Shown here one piece after another: positions 33,726-44,100 of a stretch of DNA of 64,000 bases (positions are counted from its first letter, which is position 1; each line of letters starts with the position of its first letter). This DNA is from Klebsormidium nitens. Taxonomy: Eukaryota > Plantae > Klebsormidiophyceae. The DNA lies in NCBI GenBank assembly GCA_000708835.1, contig DF236998.1, positions 169,880 to 233,879 on the forward strand. The letters are read 5' to 3'. The position numbers were made by a program, and so were the translations under genes. The notes under the pieces were generated by a model. It worked only from the letters and a program-made list of their open reading frames with translations, made no database searches and was not told where the DNA came from.

Positions 33726-34738
33726 AAGTTGACTGATAAAGAACTGTGAACGAACGACTTGTCGGTTGAGAACTTTGAGTTGTCCGCTTTGGGAGTTCCT
33801 CATGCGAACCTCTGGCCGCTTTTGATCGCTGCAAACGGATTGCATCACCCCAAACGATTAACTTGGCCCCGAAACAGCCTATAAACGATCCGATCGCGCG
33901 ACCTTGACATTCGCATCTATACATCACATCATTGACTTGGATGCCTGATCATGTGCAAAGGTACCTGATATAAACCTGAAAGTGTGCGGCGAGCTAGTTT
34001 ACGGCTTGCGCTTCAATACTAGCTGAGCGAAGTGAGAATCTGAGCAAGACGTGCCACGTGTTCCGGCGCGTGTTGGGCTCGCATGCAGCCCGCGGGGCAT
34101 ACTTTAAAACGTGCACATGATGTAATTACTGTTTACATTCAATCTGATCCGACCGGCCATCGCATCCATGTGCATTACCGCGCTTAAACGCATATTGAAG
34201 CAAACATTCGCGCCCTTAGTGCTCGGGCATGTGGACTGGGCATCAGCATGATGAGCGTGTATCTCGGCCCGGATAATCGGAGCGGTTTTGATATGAGTGA
34301 AAACGGGGGACGGCCGGCAAACGATTCATTAAAAGGACTCGTTTACAAAGCTAGTGTTCAATGAACCATTACAATCTGGTGACCGTCGAACCTAGACGTG
34401 TTGCTTACAAGGACCTTTGATCTCTCCCGCTCTTGACTCAAAGAGATGCTGAACATATAAGGTCGCTCGCTACTAAGTTGGATGTGTGGAGGCGGCCTCG
34501 ACTGACTTCACAGCGCGGGCAACATCGATATACGTGTGAAAAGTGTCTGCTCACCTCTTCGTCAACCGTTATCTCCTTTTGTGACCCTGGGTACGCCAAC
34601 ACCTTTCGCCCTTCAAGATAGCTGCTCTATACTGTAGATTTAATCTTCGCCCAGGGCAGGAATGTACAGTCTACCGCATGTAATTTCCCTGAAGGTCATC
34701 TAGTCTAACCTGATTTAGAACCTAAAAGCACTTTCTAG

Positions 34739-37700
34739 TTATCGCTTATGGGCTTTCGCAACTGCCACTACTCTCCGCGCCGCCGCAGTGATGTCCGCAC
34801 TCCGGTCGTGTCCGAAGATGGCGTCCGAAAGAACGACGGCGCTCGCCAAACGATCGCCGAGATACCGTCCAACGTCCTCTGCGCGGGTTCGACGAGTTTG
34901 TTCAGCAGTGGCTTTGATGCAGTTCTCAGAGGCGAATTTTCACAGAATGCTACTTTCGTCACCTGCTTGGACTTCGAAGCCGACGAAAAAAGATGATGTG
35001 GCTCGTTGCTCTATCCTGCTTCGCGTCAGTTTTCGAAGTCAGGCTACAGAAGGACATCGGCACCGTTCACAAAGCGCTTCATCACTCCTTACTTTCGGTG
35101 AGCTTGATTGAACAGCGACTGAATAACCGCCTCGACAATCTGCAATTGATGCACAAAGGTTCCAAAACTTCGTGATTATAGGTTTTACGGAGTAAGCTTT
35201 ACGGTTTTACGGATTCACCATTTTGTCGGTCAAGGTTGTTCCGGTGTTCTCACCTTTCCGGATTCCGTGCGAGGCGACCAGCGACAGCGGCGGATCTTGA
35301 AGGCTCGCGAGCGGTCGGCGGAGGGCCCGGAGTGTCGCTTCCGAAGCGGGGAAGACCTGCACAGGAAAAAAGTGATCCGTCAACCAGATCTGGCGAGGGC
35401 TTTACGTCTTACGTGACACTAAGAGAAAACCCAATGACACGCCATTCAACAGAAAGTCGGCTAGGAAGGAAACTTCATCGTGCTGGTTGCCAGAAGCGCT
35501 TAGGAATTCAGGGTTGTACCATACCTTTGTATCCTTCGTGCCTTGGATACGAAGGCCTACTAGCTGGAGAAGAACACGTTTCCTAGATCCGTTCAGCCGA
35601 GGGAGGAAGTGGGGTGTGACGATGCGTGGAAAGGAGACAGTGCGACTCTCTGATGACGACACGGCACCAAAAATCGTAAAGCAGCGAGTCTATGTTATTG
35701 CTTGTACGATACAGCGAATCAAGGGTGTTTGACTGAGAGGGTCCTCTCATTCAACCCCTGCGTCCCAGCTACAGAAGGGTCAATCTCGGACGATTGGACC
35801 TGAGTGTCCAGTCATCTCTGCGAAAGCTCGGAACGAAAGTGGCGCCATAGAAGCGCATGACGACGCGAAACAAGTCAAGCAAAGTGGATTCGAGAGCGCT
35901 GACGTCAGCGTAAGTATGTCTCCTCGAGCGAGGGGTACAAAGCACTTGAATGAAGCATTTTGGCAACAAATGACCCCAAAACAGCGTAGCTCACCTTCAC
36001 AATTTGGCAGCCACTCCTATGAGCGGTCCAGATCTGCAGAAAACCAGAACCCCTTCAGACCTTTCGACCAGTAGCAGGATGCCAAGCAAGAGAGTCCGGA
36101 AAGTGGTAGCCGGGACCTTTGATGGGTTGACGAAGCCAATCAGACCAAAGTTTAAATTAGCGCCTGTGGCTTGCGGGTTGCCGAACGAGTTTCGGAAAGG
36201 GTTACTGATCGGTAACTTAACGGGTTACTGACTGGGTTGCAGAACCGAACCGGCCGAACGCCGGCGCCGAACGTGCTCATGAATCTGTTGAGGGTAGGAG
36301 AAGCCCCGTGTATCTGCTTGCAATGCTAACACGCGGAGGTCGTCAAAATACGAGCCTGATCAGTGACAAGTGTCGGTTCGAGCAAAGGATAGCACACCGA
36401 CGCTCAGGCATCAAACGACGCTCTGAATCCTATCAACAATCGCTCAATCAGACAAAAGGATCTCGGGAGCTAACGCCACGAGACCTTTGTTGCGGCTTCG
36501 CATACACCCAAGCTGATTCAATCCTATACCGTCTGCCCGTGTGCGTCAGAGAAAAGGAGGACACATAAGTCCGACAGAAGAAGAGTCGCGCAGAAGCGGC
36601 AGATTGTTTTGGCTGAGCCCCTCACCTCGGTGGGCGTCATTGCCCCCGGGATGTACAAAACGTCCAACTTTTTCTGGACGTCCACAATCTCCTGCATTCA
36701 AGTAAGAAGAGCACGTGCTTTACGCTTCTCCATGCAAAAGGTGGATAACAGCGGAGAATCTGCTTCACGGGGAGACCCGTGGTTTCAAGGTCCAGGTTTG
36801 CGATCTTTCGGCAGTACGGAATTCATTTTTCGCAATGGAATCGAGCAAAGAAAGATCACGTTGATAGTGCGGCACTGAAGGTAGGATCAAAAGTGGGTCT
36901 TATCTCCTTCTTTGCGTTGGGAAAAGCCTAGCTGATTTGGGGCCACCTGTATCGGACGGGTTTAGGATCGCATTCACAAATAGAAAAAGAAGCCGGAAGA
37001 AAGCAAACAAACGCCGGAACAAGGACTTCAGGCCCAAACAGCTGGTGACAGAGGTAACCCCTCGTAAACGTGGAGTTCCATATCCTGCCGCAAATTGAAA
37101 AGCATGCTTCTTTTGCATGTGCGTCGATCTCAAGGAAGAGTAGAAGCCGGCAATGAGAAACAAGACTCGATTCTCTGAATAAGAAGCCCTCTGGATAAGA
37201 AGGACACGCCTGGGGGACGGGTACGGTTGGTATGATGGTAAGAGTAGGTCCGGGGGCGCGAAGCGGATGATTGTTTGGGTTAAGGGTTTCGGTTTGTTCT
37301 TGCCCGGTAGAATGTCCTTACTATTCATGCGGCTTATTATTGATCAATTTTGAAAGTTATCGATAGAAGACCCACCTCATTGAAGATTGGGCTCATGACG
37401 AAGTGCGCCCCGGCCTGTGCCGCAGCTGCCGCCTCCTCGGCCGTGTAAATCGTGCCGACCTGGACACGTGTGGCACGGTGAGCGTGACACGTGGCATTCC
37501 AAGAGATGCAGGGGGGTGGACATTTGGATGCTACATGAGAGCTTTGTGCATGCTAGCCTTCGGATCTGTCGCTTTCAATGTCCAAAGGCAAGCATGCAAG
37601 GTCGATGCTCAAAGTTGTCCACGAGCCTGAAGATACTAGGGAGCTAGCAACAACGAGAAACAAGCTCTGCGGGCTTTGATTTCAGAGACTTACGCCAATA

Positions 37701-39250
37701 ATCGCATTGGGGAACTCGTCAACAAGCGTCTTAACACTCTGCAGAGGGGAAAAATCATTAGTGTACAGACAAACACTATTTTTCGACCGCTTTCGAGAAC
37801 AATCGTGTGCAACGGACGATGAGAAAAGCAATCAATTCCCTCCGGCGCTTCCCCTCTTGCGGCACCCTACAAAAATTTCTTACGACTCAAGCAGATTAAA
37901 GGATCATGCCGACAAGCGATCAACCGAAAAACCTCTGGCAAGCGACTTCTGGTCGGACGAGCCGCTTTTGAACGGTTTGGTTGGGCGGAAGCGAATCCCT
38001 AGCAGGCGAGTCGATTCCGTCAAGAGAGCGGAATCCGCTCACCTCCAGAGCACCTGGCACGGTCATCGTCAACTCCAACTGCAGCCATACAAGGTATACG
38101 TGACTGCCTGGATCGTTCCTTCCACTAAAGTGCACTTTTTCCGATGTTGAATCCAACCCTGGCATCGCCAAAGGGACTTTGTTTTTTGGACTGAAGTGAT
38201 ACTTTCGGAAACCGTGACGGCGAAAAGAGGAGAAATGCAGTAGACTGGCAAAGTTGGGTATTGAATGAACGTTCGCCTGATTTCCGATAACGACGGAGCC
38301 CCCAGGGGCTGCCAATCAATCTCTCAAAGGCTGAAGCCAAAACATGCAGGAGGGATGAGTAAGAAACAACAGGCTCCATTAAAACACAGATCGTTCGTTA
38401 TGTCAGTGAATCATGCAGGGCACTGTCGTCTCAGCAGAAGGTTGCGGTTTGAGACCTGTGATTACCTCTCCGATGTTCATTTTCTGGCGGTCTTCAAGGA
38501 CCTCAGACTGAGCTACGCACACGGCTGTGACAATGCAAAGGAGCTGTAGACCGTGAGGAGGCTGCTTACCACTGTGACGCCGCCGTTTAAGGCCGCTCTT
38601 GCAGCATTCAGCGCAAGATCCTGGTTCCTGAACAAGTAGTTGATGTGAGATTGAGCCCAAGGCTAAATTGGTCAAGCCCTTCAGCAGTTCCTGATCTTTC
38701 CAGTACGGATAGAAGGTTGACTTACTCGACATTGAGGCCAGCAAAGCAAGATGACAGTCAAGAGAAAGCATGGCCGCTTGTTTCCTTTCCCAAGCCTCAA
38801 ACTTGAGGCGTGTAGCCCAGGAGAGCCCCTCTGAGAAGGTGTCTGAGACAATGCTCACATCTAACCAAGTGAATCACGGGAGGCAAGTGCTTCGAAAGCA
38901 TTGCAGCAAGAGGTTGGTCGAAAACCAAAACCTGCCGACTATGAAAAGCAAACTTCCAACTCACAGCGCTCTCGATCGATAATGTATTCTGGGTTGAACA
39001 GCGACCGATTCATCAGAATTCTTTCAAGAGAAAGTGACTGAGGACTTACTCTATCTTGACGCACGCTATGATGCCAGTTTCGATGACAGCCGAGGCTGCC
39101 TTTGCTGTGCCACTTGGCGCTTCCTCACCGCTTCTCAGATGCGCCACCATGTCATTTGCAATATTCAGTACGAATTGCCGGTCGGCCATGTCTATCACCA
39201 TACTGACGTTCTCGAGGAGTGTGCCGTATTCGGCAGAAGACCTCTCGGAG
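34739..39250 (-). CDS. EDA: KDPG/KHG aldolase (Entner-Doudoroff aldolase family); apparent 1-nt frameshift; 5' end uncertain
   Basis: Exons 39050-39250, 38570-38627, 38043-38078, 37694-37738, 37376-37459, 36626-36691, 35995-36033, 35254-35355, 34739-34878. They give ETGIIACVKIENQDLALNAARAALNGGVTVLELTMTVPGALESVKTLVDEFPNAIIGVGTIYTAEEAAAAAQAGAHFVMSPIFNEEIVDVQKKLDVLYIPGAMTPTEIWTAHRSGCQIVKVFP/ASEATLRALRRP...LVASHGIRKEDVGRYL...AVVLSDAIF. One C is missing at 35348-35350. Confidence 0.9.
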
Positions 39251-39587
39251 CTGCCACAGGAAATGGGGTCTTTTCAAAAGATAAGAAAGGTGCAGAAGAT
39301 AAGAAAGCACCTATCCAAGAACTTTGTCGGCCTGGATCCCGACAAACACCTCTAACAGAGCGATCCAAATCCTTCGGTGAGTCTCATCAGAGAACACTAT
39401 AATAAAGCGGAGTATGAAGTCTTCTGATCAGCAAGTAGTCCTTTACTTTGCAAGTTCACTAGTTGCATCAAATACCTGACCTGCTACTTTCCTATGTGGG
39501 ACTCCATGAAACTAGCGGGCGCGGCACGCCTAGTCTATGTCACAGGATAGGTTTCAGGCGCAGGGTACACTGTTGATTGTAACACTT

Positions 39588-40622
39588 TCAGGTCAAACCA
39601 TGTCCTCCAGCCAAGACGCATTTTGGAAACAATTCTGAAACTGCGGAATTTACGCACCAGTTGCCAGAATTCGACGTGCGATCCCACATGCGTACCCAGT
39701 AGTCAACCAAGGACTGGGCTGCAGCTAGATGTGACAGCTGCTCTCTATATGCTCTTGACCATGGATCAGGTGGTGTCAACGACCGCAGCTCAGCGACCTG
39801 CACCCAAAGTTGTAACACCGAGAGAGACACAGATTGACGCTCGTCATGGATCTTGAAGGGAGCCCAGGTGCCAGCTGGGCAGTCTTTAAGGCCAGGCGTT
39901 GTTTTGAAAAAGCGCGCCAGCTTCTCGAGTTGCGAGCGCAACACCGTCTCGGGGAAGGTCCCCTCAAAGCGGCCGTGTAGAAAGTCGTCCATTAAACCTC
40001 TACATTCTTCTACAAATGCTGCGGACCGCTCTGGATCGAGCGAACTAGGACCCATTCCGAGAAGGGGCTGGAGCTTTGAAAGGAAGGCCATCAAGTCAAA
40101 GGGGCCCTTGGTCCAAGCTTCCTCAGCTGGAGCGGAGTAAACATAGTCAAGGTTCAAAACTTTCGTTGCTTGAATGCCCCCGACTTCGTCTGTTGCTGTC
40201 GCAGCATTGCGCTTCCTTTGCTTCCTCTTGTTCTTCTTGTTCTGAGGTTTGAAGCCCAAACCTTCTTGACATCTATTGGTGGTTCGCAGAGATGAAAATA
40301 CTGAGGTTCCTATTACAGAATTCTTCACCCATGTTGGCAGATGATGTTTCAAAGCTGCTTGGATGTTGTCACTATGACTCCGCAACTGAGTGCCGTAGTG
40401 GACATCATCTGTCCACAATCCCCAATTCAGGAACAAAGAGGAATGCCTTTCACGTGCGACTTGCCCCGGACCACCTCTGAACAAGCCCTGACGGCGGAGA
40501 CATGCGCTTGCAACGCAAGAAACACGCGCCAAACGGGAAGCTCTTGTCTCCACAGAAAGACACCCGCGAATGTGCGAACTTGCTGTGCTATCCAGGCGCG
40601 CCATGACTGCGTCCGCCATCAT
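39588..40622 (-). CDS. 344-aa ORF of unknown function; either a separate gene or the 5' exon(s) of the aldolase gene
   Basis: Long open frame with protein-like composition, an Arg/Ser/Ala-rich N-terminus and a basic cluster (NKKNKRKQRKR). A donor at 39657 (TG|GTGCGT) is phase-compatible with the acceptor at 39251. Confidence 0.6.
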   Translation of the reverse strand: MMADAVMARLDSTASSHIRGCLSVETRASRLARVSCVASACLRRQGLFRGGPGQVARERHSSLFLNWGLWTDDVHYGTQLRSHSDNIQAALKHHLPTWVKNSVIGTSVFSSLRTTNRCQEGLGFKPQNKKNKRKQRKRNAATATDEVGGIQATKVLNLDYVYSAPAEEAWTKGPFDLMAFLSKLQPLLGMGPSSLDPERSAAFVEECRGLMDDFLHGRFEGTFPETVLRSQLEKLARFFKTTPGLKDCPAGTWAPFKIHDERQSVSLSVLQLWVQVAELRSLTPPDPWSRAYREQLSHLAAAQSLVDYWVRMWDRTSNSGNWCVNSAVSELFPKCVLAGGHGLT

Positions 40623-41140
40623 TGTCCAATTTTGTCATGGATACAGGCGCTGCCGCTGGGACGTGCCAAACAGAGGCGCGCTCTGCTTGCACCACCACAC
40701 CATCAAAAGAAAGCAATGAACTTCATTATGAAGGGCAGGAAGGGCTTGAGGAATCCCTCAGATTCGACCAGAACTTGGCAGAAGTTTTGAGGAATCCCTC
40801 AAAAATGCGGCCGCGCCGCATTGACATCCATGATTGGAGTGACTCATGGCTGGCAATGGTAGTAAGTTTAGAAGCGTCTGAAACAGTTACCGAGACGGTG
40901 AAATGAATAGAAACAGTATCGCTTCTATGCTCATCAGACAATATCCATCAACTTAAAAGGATCTAATACCTATAAGGAAGTACCCGGGGCAGCAACTTAA
41001 CTAAAAGACCTAACCAAAAAATATGACGTGCCCTGCACCCGAACCCGAAATGCGGATCAGAAGAAGCTCTTTGACAGATCAACGATAGCTTTGTGATTCC
41101 TCAAGCTCAGCTTGGAAGCTACGCCGTCAAACCCTGCAGA

Positions 41141-44100
41141 ATGGCGGCTATGCAGGGAGAGGCAGATGCTGCTGGGGTCAGCGAGCTGCCTCCAAAGCCG
41201 TGGAAGCAAAGGCGCTCAAAAAGGAGCTCCGTTGAAGGGCCAATAGAGCCAGCCGACATTGAGATCTTTGAAGGGAAAGTACAGAGTTCTAGTGTCCCTT
41301 CAGCAGTAAAGCCTACTTCTGTGGCTGGTTATACGAAAGTGCGAACTGGGGATGGGTTCCAATTTGCTGTGCCAACAGTGGTGCTGTTGGAAGCTGAGCA
41401 AGTGAAGCTGATGCTCAATTCAAATGGTGAGAATGATTTATGAAAGTGAGGGAAACTTCTGAGTTGGGAGCTTACCTGATCACTCATAGTCAAAGGTCAT
41501 CAACAATCAGTCAACGATTTGGCACTGGCCTTGATGACGTTGCGTACAGGTCAATGTGTTAAACTGGAGCGACTTTCTGCCATATCTGAAGGGTGCAGGC
41601 TGGGCAACCCTTGGCAGGTCACTAACAATCTGTCAAGATTGTGCAAAACAATCTTGAACACATTTTTTTAAGCATCAATTACCTACATCGTCCAACGTTG
41701 GGATGTAAATTGAGGCTCGGACTTGCCACAGAACTAGGAAGTTACTTGCTCAACAGCCATGAATATTGAGGGAGGCAACAGCAATGCTTGTCAACTCGCA
41801 TTCCTGTCCCTTGTTGTAATCTTGGCCTTGAATTGACATGACGGCTTCTGATAGAGTTTCATAGCTCAGGTTATTTCATCGTACTAGGAAAGTTGTGAGA
41901 TGCTGAACCTGTGATCTAGCCGGATTTCAAGTTGTCGATCCTGACCAATCGTGGCAAGTGCCTGACCAATCGTGGCAAGTGGCTACAGTATGATTCAAGA
42001 ACAATAAGATTTGTTTGGGCTTTTGCTCTCCCTAACGAAGACTCTCTACCTTTGTTCACAGCAACATTCAAAGAGAAGGCGGAGAATGTCGTTTATTTTC
42101 AAGAGATCAGAGGAGAGGTACGCTCTCAGTGCACGTGTATCTGCTATATTATCAAACAACCTTCTTGTCAAATTGCTTTTGCAAGTTTGCTGCATCTATC
42201 AATATACCCTGTTTGTCTTATACACTTCGCAGTCTCTTGGCTAACACAACCAGAACCTAAGGAGTATTTCTTCCTATGCAACTATCTCCTGCTGAAGTGA
42301 AGCCCTGATTGCCCTGCCACTGAGTCGATTGGAAAAACATGCATTCAGATTTCGCCAAACATGTCAACTCTTATATATCATAGGCACCGAGCTTTTAGGG
42401 TCTTTTGACTTTTTCAGAGCAAGATTCTGAGCAGGCTTGTAAGTTCAAGCCAACTTGAGAACGCTCCCTGTCATTGATCGTGGAGAATCCGTCTAGAGAA
42501 GACGTTGTGAAGGAACTGTGCTATATCTTATTTGACAGATCAGGATTTTGCTAACCTTCCAAGAGTAATAAGAAGATTAAGACATGAAGGGATGCACTTC
42601 CTTCCTCCTGCTCAACCGGTTTCGAGATGTGAGTCACAGAAGGGCTAAGGACCTCAACACTCTATTCCTCAGGTCTTGGAGGTCGTCCTCCGTTTCTGTT
42701 TTGAGGAGTATCTGAATAAGGCCCGAGTGGAGCAGCTGTACGGAGCGTCTGGTCCCCGACCCCGCCTCGCTTTCCATTTTGAGGTGGGTGTGGAGCACTT
42801 TCAACAAGGAAATCAAGGCTTCATCCATTTTGAGGTGCTACATTTTGTTGTAAGTTGTGCTGAATCTCATGTCTAAGACGTCTCGTTGCATGATGTGTGA
42901 GATCAAAAAACACCATTCAATCTTCTGAATTAATAGAAGATCTCAGAGACCACGTCAATGGACAAATGTGCGGAATCAGCAGCAATTTCTCACTCTGTTC
43001 AGATTGAGTCGAACCGTTTCCACGCTGTGTAGATTCGAACGGATGTTTTATAAGCCTTGAGGAACAAGAGCATCACTTGGCTCGGACTGGTCAAGACAGG
43101 AAATTGACATGAAACGAACGATGGATCATCCTACCCGTTTTGACGGCAGGTTGCGCCGGCACTAGCCATGGAGATCATCTCTGCGGCGCACTTCCTGGGA
43201 CTGAAGGAGCTCCTCCAATTGGCGGCCGCTATGGTGGCCCATCACTTGTCGGGTGAGCCCTTCAGCTCCTGGTTGAAATTGCATGATTTGTTTGGATCGT
43301 AGAAGTACTGGCCGTCCCTCACGACTTGGTCACCAGAGTGCAACGCCATAAGACTCCGTTGGGAACGCCCTCATGAGTGGCGGCTCGCGTACGCTTGTTC
43401 AACGCGGGAATGACGAGCCCAGAATGTTCGAAAGCTTTAAGATTGCCCTCAAGTTTCTCACAGCCAAAAGCGAGAGTCGAAGAACTTACTCATTATTGAA
43501 ACAAAGTATAAGGCTTGCAACGTTCGGTGCTAAGTTACTGCAGCCCCCGAATGCTCACCAATCTGGGTATAAAAGGGGCATACCTGAACGCGATCTCGAC
43601 TTCCAACGCGATCGAGCTCACTCTCTTTGCAATATCTCCTCGAGCGTCGCACCTCATCTTACTGCTCTTCGTTCATAAAAACTCACGTCAGCAAGCTCCG
43701 CTTGCAGACGTTCCTGACGTCAGCACGCTGCCCAAGGACCTCGCCTGGGTTGTGGCTCAGCAGCTGAGCCTTGAGGGATTGCTCGAGGCAGAAGACCGGG
43801 AGGACTTTCAAGCAATCGGTCTCGGTGAGGCGCACCTCCAGTCCGTTCTGTCAGGGCTTTACGATTTCAGAGCTTCAGGGTGTTCGGGTCGGAGCCTGCC
43901 GCTAGGTTGCAGCAGAAGAAGTTGACACGAGACGCGAGGCGCTCTCCAAAAGGCTCACTTGAAGACCAGGAGAGACGAAGCTAAATGGGGCATCCATTTG
44001 TTGAGGAGTCTAAACAGACTCCCCGTGTATGATGAGAAGTCGAGCCGTTGCTGCTACAACAAGTTGCGGAGATCAGGCAGACGATATTCCAAAAGTCCCT

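Noticed and set aside
34110-34330. Possible C/D-box snoRNA (ATGATGA and CTGA motifs)
   Set aside because: The boxes are not properly paired or spaced, there is no terminal stem, and I could not identify an rRNA-complementary guide.
39034-39402. 122-aa plus-strand ORF
   Set aside because: Antisense shadow of the aldolase-linked exon 39050-39250.
40622-40906. 94-aa plus-strand ORF as first exon of the Elongin C-LRR gene
   Set aside because: It would leave no promoter space against the divergent ORF starting at 40622, and the splice to the next exon is weak. Not excluded, but unsupported.
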